64,000 bases of DNA from Vicugna vicugna (taxonomy: Eukaryota): NCBI GenBank assembly GCA_013265495.1, contig MU062133.1:5409819-5473818 (forward strand), given 5' to 3'. A model generated the notes under the pieces. That model saw only the letters and a program-made list of their open reading frames with translations, was not told the origin of the DNA and ran no database searches. Below, in pieces: positions 39,851-51,855 of this stretch. Positions within the stretch are counted from its first letter, which is position 1, and the number at the start of each line of letters is the position of its first letter. Both the position numbers and the translations under genes were made by a program.

Positions 39851-42800
39851 GGCATTTCGTCATTATGGTTTTCTGCCCCCACGCTTTATCATAGTCACTT
39901 TTCTTGGCTCCCCGCACCCTTGGAGCCTAGGCTGAGAGTTTCCTGAAGGCAGGGCTTATGTCTCATTCCCCTCCCTTTCTACCCTGCCTCTCATACCCCA
40001 CCTCCCTGCTAACATGTCCCAACAAGACTAGACACTGAGTTAATATTTGTTGGATTTAATTGAATTCTATGGATACTCAATTTAAATTCTGGGATCTAGC
40101 CTTAACCATCTAGATGACCTTTTAAATTCTTACAACACATTAGCTCATTTTGTACTTCAATTTTTTTGTAGTTTCATTTGCATAAACTCCTTGGTGTTTG
40201 TGTCTCCAGATATTTTATCATGCTGGAAAGCTAGCTGAGTTTGTTTTTATTCATTCATCTGCTGTTATAGAAAGTGGAGGGAATCGAATTTGTCCAGGAG
40301 GCTGAAAAGCATCTCAGACAATAGGTAGGTCTGCTAAAAAGGCTGTTGGCTTTTGCCAGGAAGGGACAACACCACCACACAGGAAATGCTTTGTGCAGAG
40401 TTCTCTGCAGACTCATCCTTCTCAGTGACAGGCTGTGGGATGGCTGTCTCTGTCATCATCATCAGGAGGCCTATACTGCAGGACCCAACCTGAAAATACA
40501 GCCTCATTTTCCCTCTTGGTCATTCTCAGAAAATGCCTTGCGGAAAGTATTCGGTAGAATTTGTAAGTCTAAAAGCAGGAGACTAATTAGGACATTGATC
40601 TTGTATAATAACACATGATCTCCAACCAAGGCTTTCACTGAGACAGAGGAAGTGTATCATCTCCCAATACCTATATAGTCCACACAGACTTCGGGAAACT
40701 ATTTCCCATGGAGGAAGATGGGTGCGGGTGCTAAGGTCCTATGCAATGCCACCACTCTTCAGATTTAAGCAGAACTGTGTAAAAATACAGCCTCTATCCA
40801 CAAATTTGATGAAAGTATAAGCTTCCTGGATCACTGGAATAAAATTCTTACAAGTACTAAAATTATCCAGTTATTGGCAATATGAACAGGTAGGCTGCTG
40901 TAGAGAGAAGAAGGAAGAGAATGTACTCAAAGGAAGGGATATTGAAGTATTAATCTGACTATTGAATAACTATGTTATTTCATATTTCAACATCCTGTAT
41001 ATGCTATTTCCTGCCTGGAAGGCTGCCTCCTCTCTTGTTTGTCTGGTGGGTACCTGCACATTCTTTAGGACTTAGCTCTGTAAAGACATTCATAAAATCC
41101 TGCCTTATGCCCCACAGGATATCTCTGGTAACTTGTTACCAAAAACTCTTAACAGGTTTTCTTTGGCAAGAGGGATTGGGTGTCTGAACAAAATGTATGA
41201 AAAAGAGGTTTATTTCTCACTGGGTATTCAGGGGCAGGCACTCTGTAAACTGCTTAGAAGTTCCTCCCTCTCACCAATCTCAGCCCAGTGGCCAATTTTT
41301 CTTTTTTCAGAAGGCATTGAGCAAAGCTAAATTAAGCAAGAGAACAGCAAATAAAGATGGTTGTTTTCTTTTATCTGTACGATGGTCATATAAAGTTACA
41401 TGTAAAGTTCTTATAAGAGGACAGAACTTGTGAAATATAAAATTCACAAAAAACAGAATTCACTTTTTACCCAGATTAAAACAATAGCGGTTTAAATGTC
41501 CCAGGCTGACTCTTTCCTATTTGCACTCTGTGGTTCCTCATGTCTACACTGTGTGATAAGGCATCCCTCTATGAGGAGATACGGAAAATTGCTACAAAAT
41601 GGCATGTTTTTCCCCTTGAAATCAAAAGATCTGACTTTGGAGAGCTGGGTATATTCTTCTGAAACAGGATCCACAGTTGATTATGTGTAGCATAAATTTA
41701 ATGTTACCATAAACTGCAAACCACAGCTAAGATGTCTTCTGAAAGCCTGAAATCTTCCCTTCTTATCTTAAACTGCTCTGATAACAAAATACGCAAACTT
41801 TTTCATTCAAAATTGCAATAGATAATTATTTCACATTCACTCTGAGCAGGATATAAAAATAATATGTGGTCCCAGCTTCATTAAATTTATCTTCTAATAA
41901 ATTACGAACAGGAGAAAAATGGAATGAAGGGATGGATATGGCACTTCACAGAGATACAGTTCAAGCCACGTGCCTACCATTTTCTAACTTGATATCGAGC
42001 AAATCATTGCATCTCTCCAAATCTTATTTTTTTCATCATAAGAATGAATTAAAAATACTGAATTTTAAAAAACATCCAAAGAAATTACAGATCAAAAGCA
42101 CCTATTACACAGTAGGTGCTTGATAAAGGATTGATTCGCTTTTGTGTATGTTCTTCTTATGATGTCTTAGCATCATTTGTGCTAATCACGAAACTATTAC
42201 CTTCCACTTAACAAATGAATCTGCGGTACATAAATATTTTAAAGAATCAGTGATGTACTTGTCAAAGTTTGCAGGGGAAAAGGCCATAATTAAAATCTCA
42301 GTTACTTATTGTTTGCTCTGGGGGAAGTTATCTGAGTTTTACAAGTTTTAATTTTCTTGTTTGGAAGAATGTGGATAAAATCATCTCCTCTTAAGAAATG
42401 ATGTGAGAAAAAGCCTAGGATACACCTTACTTAGAGGACTCACCAAGTAAGCATTTCTTTTGTTTCTTCTTTCCCGTAAAAATAAGTGCATTTTGCATTG
42501 TTAAAAATAATTTTCCAAAATCAATTGTGATAATTGGAGACACTTCAGAACAGAAAGCCACTGAGAAAGCCATTAGAAGAAGAAGCCATTACAAAAAGGA
42601 AGGAGAAGAATGAAGCCAGAGTGTGTGTTCCTTGATTCTGTTTTCTGAAGCAGAAGCACCCTCAGCCAACACGTGTTGAGGACACGGCGACCCTTTGGTG
42701 GTCAGTTACCAAACGTTACCTTATGAGTTATCCAGCTCTCAATACTATGTGGGATTCATCTTCAGATGTAGGTTTCCTCACTTTTCTCCAGTGGACTTCT

Positions 42801-43011
42801 TCAGTAAAGACAAGGCTTTACTCACCTACAGAGCAGCTGCTCCGAATCAGGAAATGAACTCACAGATCTCTGGACTGAAGCATCTGGGCTTCAAACCAAT
42901 TCCCAAGTTCTTTGGTATTCATCGTGACTGATCCAGTGATTCATGCTTAGGTATCTACTGCAGAGGGATTCTTGAGCGCGTACACCAGGAAATACATCAA
43001 AGAAAATTTCA

Positions 43012-43438
43012 CAGCTAGGGCTGAATTGTGTTGCTTCAAAATTAATATGCTGAAGTTCTGNNNNNNNNNNNNNNNNNNNNNNNNNNNNNNNNNNNNNNNN
43101 NNNNNNNNNNNNNNNNNNNNNNNNNNNNNNNNNNNNNNNNNNNNNNNNNNNNNNNNNNNNNNNNNNNNNNNNNNNNNNNNNNNNNNNNNNNNNNNNNNNN
43201 NNNNNNNNNNNNNNNNNNNNNNNNNNNTATGCAAAGACTGAAGTTATGCGGCCACAAGCCAAGCGATTACCGGAAGCTAGGAGAGAGGCCTGGAACAGAT
43301 CCTTTCCTAGCGCCTTAGAAGGAGCATGGCCCTGCTGACACTTGGATTTTGAACTTCTGGCCTACAGGACTGTGAAATGACAAATTCCTGCTGTTCTCAG
43401 CCACCTACTTGTTATGGCCACCCTAGCAAACCAATACA
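43012..43438 (+). mobile_element. MLT1 (MaLR) solo LTR, MLT1B/C-like, with internal gap
   Basis: 5' gggctgaattgtg...aaaattaatatgctgaagt; 3' ggaagctaggagagaggcctggaacagatcc...ggccctgctgacacttggattttgaacttctggcct...ttgttatggccaccctagcaaaccaataca. Confidence 0.88.
43061..43227. other. Assembly gap (167 N)
   Basis: Run of N inside the MLT1 LTR. Confidence 0.99.
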
Positions 43439-46400
43439 GGCTGACAGTCAATATACACTGGTACAGCTGACTGATTGTCAAATACTGAACTAATTTTCTT
43501 CTGGTTGGTACACAAACACTGCATTACTATTCTGAGTCTTTTAGGCACCCTGGCCTCCCTGCCCACCTAACCCATTTCTTGCGATCCATGGGTTTTCTCC
43601 ATGATGCAAAAACTAAAGGTTTAAGGCCTCATGGACTCAGAAAACTAAATCTTTAGAGCTGCAGCCACCTACTCAAGCCAGATTGCTCTCTCCCTGCAAG
43701 AAAAGCTAAAGAACATACCCGTTCTCCTCAGCTCACCACTGCCTCTCTGCACCTAAAGACAAGGCCAAGCCCTCCTCACATGGTAAGGATATTACCAATA
43801 AGCTCGCTGGAGGAAAAGATAAATGACTACATATTAACCATCATGAGGATGTAACAAATACTCCAAAATCTACAGAATTCTCTCTAGTTCCTGGTTTCCA
43901 TTGAAAAGGAGATCCTCTGGTTGAGGGCGGATTAAACTCACCTGCCCAATAATATAGATCTAAAGAGCTAATAACATAGTCCTAACTTCTATCCAGGCAA
44001 TGCTTTCTCATCTCAAGGGGTATTTCCTATCCCTGGATTCTGCAGCGCCACACAGGAAGCGTTCCCACGTAGAATTCCTTCATCAAGGGACATGAAACAG
44101 ACGCTGCTACTCTCACCTCCAGACCTCCATGGAAAGCAACAGACGGAGCTGTTACCTCTGTTACGCTGAGACCGTGATGCTACCAGACACACACAAGCTA
44201 TAGGATATACCTTCATTGCAGGTATCCGTCTCAGCAACTGATGTGATCCTGTGACCTCAGCATGCTAGACCATCCATCACTGGCTCACGACGCTCTAAGA
44301 GGAAACACTGTAGACATCATGTTGCACAAAGTCACTACTGCTTAGTTAAAACAGTCACCCGTGCAGGTCTGAGATAATACCTGCCTAAGAAGGCTACAGA
44401 CGTAACTACAGTTTTAATAGAGGCCCTGACTTTCTAGAAAGAGTACGTTTCAGAATCTGTATTCACGAATCTCAGTTGCCATGGACACAGGCAGCTGTGT
44501 GAATATAAAGCCAGCTTTTAAGGTAAGCAGCTAGAGAAGACCTGTGACTAAAGCAGAGCAGAGCTCAGCCTGCCTAGTGAATAACAATAGACCCTAAATC
44601 TAATCCTCCAGCTGTTCCAGGGAACTGCCAATGTGGTTTATTTGCTTCCAACAACATTCCTTAAGTTGTATTTGTTGCATGAATAAATAAATGAATGAAT
44701 AGTTCATTTAATGGGTATTAATTGAGGGCCTTTCTGTGACAGGGATTACACCAAGAGCAGAGATGTAAAAATTAACAAAATATGATTTCTGCCCTCAAAG
44801 GGTTCACTCTTCAGTGAAGAAGGAATGTATACACTATGGTAAGTTTTAACACTGACAAGTTTAATATGCAACAAGAAAAACCATTCCTGGGAGGAGTTAG
44901 AGGAGTTAGGAGATGTTAAAGCTGAGTCCTAATGGGTAAGTCAGCTTGGCTCTAATAAGTCTGAAGCTCAAGAGCATTCCCAGCAGAAGGAAGATTATGT
45001 GGGAAAAACAGGGTCATGAAAGAGCAAGAATGTTGGGGACTGCAAAGACTATTTCTCATTCAAACATACAGCTCCAGCATTCCGCAAGTACTAACCAACA
45101 ATGCCTCCAACGTCTGGCAATCTTAACCATCCAGAGCACGGCCATAAGTCAGCAAAGGGCTCCTCTGCACTGGGGCAAACCATGGCAGAGTCCACGCTCC
45201 TGAGTTCTTTGTGGAATTGTGACATTATCTTCACAGTGAAATCCTAGTAGAGTAAATGTTTCATGTGACATCAAGTTGACTCATTTAACAAACACAGCTG
45301 TCAGTAGTCTTTTGGGGGCCCACACGAGGAGAAATATTAGCTGAGATTAAGGAAAACAATCATAAAAATGCAGAAGTCAAGTAATTGCTGCACTAGCCCC
45401 CTGCTCACCCCCGTAAAAGCACATCCAGCTACCAGAGTACTCACGTGTACAGGAAAGTATAATTAATATAATGATCTCTCTAGTCAAGGAAACTAGTTAA
45501 GGTTCCAAGCCTATTGTTTGTTAAGGTAACATGTAATGATTCTATAAAATCACTTAAACATGAAACAGTTTTGGTTCCTCAAGGTGTTAGTTTCTACTCA
45601 TTTTTAAATTTATATGGAATTATTTATTTCTAAAAGACCTGACTGAAAAACTGAAACATCAGTATATGTCAGCTTATCTGATGATTAGTGAAGCAGATGT
45701 TGGCTTCCTTAGCCTATGATTCTTTTGTGTGATGAACAAGGTCATTGAGTTAATCAGAAGACAGCTTGAATGGTTGAAATGTATGTTTTATTTAGATATA
45801 AAGGAACAGAAACATTATTCCACAGGTTTCAAATTGAAAATCAAGTGAAAGTATTAAGGAGGACTACAAAACAGATGACACTATGCTCTGAAAGACTGGA
45901 GGAAGGCTGTTCTTGTAGGGTCAGGGGCTGAGAGTTAAGCTAATAGAAGGCTTTGATTGTCCTCACACTTTTCTGCAAAGAGGCAGAAAAGCATAAGCAT
46001 ATGCAGTATTAATCACACACAACAAAGCCATCACAGCTAGTATCTGGCTTACCCTCAAAGAAAAACAGAACTGCATCTCAATTCTACTGCCCGCTAAATT
46101 TTAACACATCTTATTCTGAATCACTGTTTAATCTCTAGAAATTGATTTATCTACCTAGCTTTCAGAACCCAGCTTACTTTTGAAATTCAAATAAAGCAAG
46201 TCTGTTATAAATGCATGAGCCTCATTCTATGAGTCTTTTCTCTCTCACAGGAGTCTTTAGAGAGCAAAGGTAACACCAGTGAGGCCTACTGCTGTAAGTT
46301 TTTGCTCTCCCAATTTGTAACGTCTGAGAGATTAGAAATCACATATGTTAAGTGTTGGCAAACATAAGTAGTCAGTAAATAGTGATTGTTGTTATTCTAA

Positions 46401-47760
46401 GCATTTAAAGCTTCAGGAAAGAATTCCCATCTTAAATTGTCTTTCTACAAGAGGAGATCATTAGAGAGCATTTCTGATTTAAAAATGGGTACACAGCTCT
46501 ACTTCAGCTAAAACCTGACTTATTGCTGAAGTTTCAAATAATGCCCTCAAAGATTTTTGTTTTCTGCAATGACCAGACTTCCTGCTCAGAAGCAGATCTG
46601 TCATGAAGTTTGCTCTTTCTGGGCTACCACTTGCACAGGTTCCTCTAGGCTCTGAAAGAGGCAAACAATGTATTCAACCAGCTATGTGATTTTATAAAAT
46701 TTGCAGAATAAATGTATTTTAGCAGCAGAAAGCTAAGGCCATTGATTTTCCACTTTATTTTATCTCCTTCACACTTTCCTTCCTGTCAGCTAGAGCACCC
46801 ACAGGCATTTTTGGTACCCAGCCAAAGGGGAGTTGAACTGGGGATACATTTAGTTTGGTTTAAAAAAAAAAAGTATTACTGTGGTTTGCAATCACTTCCT
46901 TGTATAAATAAGTCATTGATAGCTGTTATGTATAGAAATGTCTTCCACAGATACCACTGTCACCAACTGTGTCAACTGACCCCAGGTCTTAACATGACAG
47001 TGTAGAGCAGAGATGGTACGCCAGTAGGAATGTGTCCTACGGCACCTGGTATCAGATTTAGGTAGCTAATGGGAGAGAGACGAGGTTTGGAATTCACAGA
47101 GTTGAAAGCCAGTCTACAGAAAATCCTTTCAAATACTATAACTTATATATGAAAGATATATGATAGACGTTTTCCTATATTTAAGAACAATTCCCCAAAT
47201 TTAAATGCATTACTAAATTCTTACTGAACAATAACTAAAAATTCAGTTACCCATGACAGAAAAAACTTATAAATAATTGCTTTATTCTCTCTATAAATAA
47301 GGTTATAACATATTATTATAGAAAAAAATCAAATGACACTTAGCTAAATAAAGATAGAAAAAATATTATAGAGGTAAGATAGGCAGTTAATAAAATTTTT
47401 AATAGTTCTCAAATTGAAAGTAGTGGAGAGGAACAGGACAAGTGTTTCTTCAATTCTCCACTCTGGAAAATGAGTAAAGGCTAATAAAGGTTTATCACTG
47501 AAAAGGATCTTAAGTCTGGTTTAAATAAAAGACTTGAATTCTTTGAATTGATTGCAAAACACAGTAAAAGCTAATGTGTCTGCATTAACTTTATTGCAAG
47601 TATACCTGTTAGACTAAATTCTTTAGGTCTTTGTTAAACCTTAGAACAAATATGTAAATTTTTCTGCTTTTGACAAATTTCCCAAAGCCAATAGTTAACC
47701 AGAGATATAAAACAATGGTTCTGTAATAAATACATAACCTAGGGCTGCAAAGAAGGTCTA

Positions 47761-48079
47761 CAGTTGGCCCTCCTTATCTATGGGTTCCACACCTGGAGAT
47801 TCAAAGAACCGCTGATCAAAAATATTCAGAAAAAAAAATCCAGAAAGTTCCAATAAAGCAAAGCTTAAATTTGCCATGCATTGACAGCTATTTATATAGC
47901 ATATGCATTTCATTAGGTTTTATAAGCAATCTAGAGATGGCTTAAAGTATATGGGAAGATGTGGATAGATGATATATGAAAATACTACACCATTTTATAT
48001 AAAAGACTTGAGCATCCATGGATTTTGGCATCTGCAGGGTGTCCTGAAACCAATGCCCCTGGACACCATGAGAGCACTA
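47761..48079. mobile_element. MER2 (TcMar-Tigger) non-autonomous DNA transposon
   Basis: TA then cagttggccctccttatctatgggttcc...ctagagatggcttaaagtatatgggaagatgtg...gacttgagcatccatggattttggcatctgcagggtgtcctgaaaccaat matches MER2 as I recall it. Confidence 0.88.
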
Positions 48080-48499
48080 TGGTTTGCTTCAGGCAATTAT
48101 ACTATTCTGGGAACTTCATTTGTACACGTATGTTTTTGCAGTATAGAAAGGAGCATATTTTGACGTATTTGAAACTGTTGTCAAGAAGAAATGACCTATA
48201 ACTCTCAAGCAAGAGAATCATAAGCATTTCATATGATTTTACCATGAGTAAGAAGAGAACTTCACAACTCAGTCTGCCTCAGGGAAGTAGAAGAACCAGG
48301 TATAAAATTGGGAGGGATGGAGGTACAATAGTGATATGAGAAACAGAATAAAACAGGTGTTCTAACCACAATTATGCAGATAGCTCATGATATGATCTTA
48401 AGAAAGTGAACTATATTTTCTCTGGACTTCCATACCCTCATCTATCAAATAAAACAGCTTTTAAGGTTTGTGATGTGGTACAGGGTTGAATTCTTGACG

Positions 48500-48765
48500 C
48501 AGTTTTTCCCAAAGTGTTTTTCTTAACTCTAGTCCAAAATAGAAGTTCTGAAAAAAATAGCATCCCATGGTCAAATTATTTTTTTAAATATTGCAGTTTT
48601 TTTCCTATTGGTATATTCAGTGTGCATTAGCATAATGCTGCTTCTAAGCTGCACTACAGAAAAGTAATATTTTTATCTGTGTTTAGGATAGAGCTTGAAA
48701 AATGTATTTGACTGTGAAAACCTTTTAGCATAATATCTATGACATGTAATTTGGGAATGCTTCTC
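48500..48765. mobile_element. MER103-like hAT-Charlie element
   Basis: gcagtttttcccaaagtg...cccatggtcaaattatt...cagtgtgcattagcata...atttgactgtgaaaacctttt...aatttgggaatgct. Confidence 0.65.
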
Positions 48766-49652
48766 TAAAGCAGCATTTGAGAGTTTCTTTAGAGAGACTT
48801 ACAATGCAGTATTTGTGGTTAGATAGCACAGACAGAACCCTGCTTTGAGCTGTCCTCCTGTGATGGTGCTGAATTTATTACTAGGAGGTCACTAGAAGAC
48901 AGGGCAGAATACTTTGACATAGAACATAAAATGCAGAGGAGGGGTACTGGGGGGCAGGAAAGTGAAGAGTATGTTGATCTTTAATAAAGTTCTTCCCAGT
49001 GGAGGAATTTTTAACCTATTTTTAATGGCAAGAAATCACGTGGGATTGGAGAGTCATTGACTGTAAATATAAGCTCATTTCTACGTCAGGCCCTCATCTG
49101 AGAAGATGAGGGCAAGAAATGAAAGTCACAACTTGTAACTGTGAATTATGTTCTATGAGAGATACAAAAGAGAGCACAAACGTGTGGTCTTTATTCTAAA
49201 AGGATTTAGTTTCCAGTTTGGGAAATAATGCAAATGTGTGTAATAAAAAGGAACACAAGACAGTATAAGTGGATTTAAAAGATAAGCAGATACTGTGGTA
49301 CCATAAGTATTTGCAAAAGGGATAAGTCCTGAGGTGTGGCTAGGGAAGACTAAAAGAAAAGGGATGGTATAGATCTTCTAAGAATGAGCAAACTGAGGAG
49401 CAATCTGTGGATGCTTGGATGGATGAATAAAAGAGTAAAAATCGTAATGACAATAAAAACAGCTTAGATAAGGAAACGATCATGTGTCAGGATATCTGGG
49501 GTATGAACACTGCCAATGACACCTAATAATAAGGAATTTGAAGCAAGAGCTGTCAGGTCACAGACAAAAGAGTCAAAAAGTCAAGGAAAGAAAGAGCAAT
49601 GCCTGTCGCTAAAAGCCCAAATGCTTATGAAAAATGGGTCAAGTGTTAAAGG

Positions 49653-50316
49653 TGAGACAGGACGGAAGGGGGCAGGGCACAGCCACTCAAGGAATGACAG
49701 CAATTTAACACCAAAATGGTGGAAGATTCACCAAAATGGTGGAAGTTTCAACTCCTAGTTGGCTTTAAGATTAAGGATTAGGAGGAAGTTTGACTTCTGG
49801 TAGACCTTGAGCTTCATTATATGCTCATTGTAACAGCCTGATCAATAACATGCCCGCAGGTGCCATGACAGCCCCAAGGCTAACCACAAAAGGCCAAAGA
49901 TTGGGCAGTGGCCCAGTTCCTGGTAATCTCAGTCCCTTCCCCAGGGCAGTTGGAACAGTCCCATCTGTAGGCCTGTGAAGCTACAGAGCCCATAAAAACT
50001 GACAACACCATGCCTAGCAGCCTTTCCGCTCCCTCCCCTTCAGAGGTGGCCCGCACTCAGTCTGTGGAGTGTGTACCTACTTTTACTTTAACCTGAGCAC
50101 CCAATTCCCACACCTCTTTCCTTGCCTTTCTCTTGCCGTACACTCTATGCAGTGTGTATCTCTCTAAATAAATCTACCTTTATTCAATAGTGGCTCGCAC
50201 TTGAATTCTTTCCTGCACAAAGCCAAGGACCCACACCTGGCAAGGCACATCCCAGGGGCTCAACCGAAGCCTGGGACACCGCCCTCCTCATGCCCCACAT
50301 CCGTTTTCCTGCATCA
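49653..50316 (+). mobile_element. ERV1-class solo LTR (664 bp)
   Basis: TG...CA termini (tgagacagg...ctgcatca) and a 4-bp TSD aagg at 49649-49652 and 50317-50320. AATAAA at 50167-50172, TATA-like cataaaaa near 49992, and an internal 20-bp tandem repeat at 49709-49748. Confidence 0.9.
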
Positions 50317-51689
50317 AAGGTACAGTGCTTTAAAGACACGCAGTCCCTGAACCACAGGAACTCAGGATATCTTGACAGAGAGAAGAGAAAAGAGCAGAAA
50401 AGTAACTCTAATAAAATATATACACATGAGTAATTCTAATAAAATAAGTTAGTGATTCAATCTTTAATATAAGTCAAACACAAAATCTTTAGAGTACAAA
50501 GGAGAGAGTTAAATTTTGACTGTGATATTCTATAAAGATTATATAAAGGAAGTGACATTTAAGCCAAGTCTTTAAAAATGAATTACACTAAATGAGACAG
50601 AGCATGAAGAGAGAATTTCGGAAAGTCCAAACCAATAAGGAAAAGGAATGGATATGTGAGAGTGAATGGAATCTGCAAAGAATGTTCAAGCACAAATGTG
50701 ACTATGAGGGGCAAGTGGCAGTGGACGAGACTGAAAATACACTTTGGACAAAACTGTAAGGGATCTTGAACGTCATATCAACAAAAATATTATATAGAAG
50801 AATATTATGATTAAGTCTGTTTTAAAACAAAATTTCCAAACCATTCCTTCTAGGTTTTACAGAGACCACTCAAGAGGCAATTCAGAGTAAACAAGGACAG
50901 AAGAAAATAAGGGTGCACTCGCTTCCAAATATCATATCCCTGATTTAATTTGAGTAGCTCTGCTTTATATCTCATTGCACATAAGGCTTCCACTTAGGGT
51001 TTGGTTTGAACAAAGAGATTCACGTGTTTAAAATAATGTTTACTACCCAAAGATTTGGAAAGATAACTCCGTTTGTCTAGTACTAGACACATTAGAAAGA
51101 CAAGGATATTTTAGGAAGATATTGTAACAATTTAGCTAAGATATGATGAACCCTCAGAGAAATCAACACTAGTATAAAACAGGAAAATTGAAAAAATATT
51201 TCTGAGTTATAATAAGCAGGAACAGTCTGCATGTTGAATATAGATAATGAAGTGCAAGGTGGACTAAAATGATGACTCCAAGGTTTAAGCTCACAGGCCC
51301 ACAAATATGGTGGTATTACTCACTGAGATAAGAATCATAGGTTGAAGGGAAGATAAGCGATGAGACCTATTCAATTTTATATACCATAATTCTAGATCCA
51401 TGACTTGTAACTGGAAAAAGATACACAGGTGTTTCAGGAGACAAACATGGGTTAGAGATATATATTTGGGCATCCAATTGAAGAAGAGTGAACATAAGGT
51501 CCAACTATGACCTTCCAAGGAAAAATTATTAACAGTTAATATTAGGTAGGCATTTAATATATGTCAGTAACTATGCTAAGAGTCTTACATGCATTAGTTT
51601 TTTTAATTGCATATGAATCCTATGAGTAAAGAATATCACTGAGGAGCAGAATAAGGTAGCAATTAACATCTGGAAATGAACTACTGATA

Positions 51690-51855
51690 TCCAAACCCTT
51701 GCTCAGCTGTTAACTATCTGTGTCTTGGGCACAAATTATTTAACTTCTCTGTGTTTCAGTGTGCTTATCTGTAAAATGGGGATAATAATCCCTAGCGCTA
51801 TGATGCAAAGTGTTTATAATAGCTCCTGGCGCATAGCAAGTGTTCAGTAAAAATA
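51690..51855 (+). mobile_element. MIR SINE
   Basis: tgtgtcttgggcacaaattatttaacttctctgtgtttcagtgtgcttatctgtaaaatggggataataat...cctggcgcatagcaagtgttcagtaaa. Confidence 0.85.

Noticed and set aside
42096-42121. 9-bp hairpin aagcaccta...taggtgctt
   Set aside because: Lies in a MIR 3' end and is explained by repeat decay.
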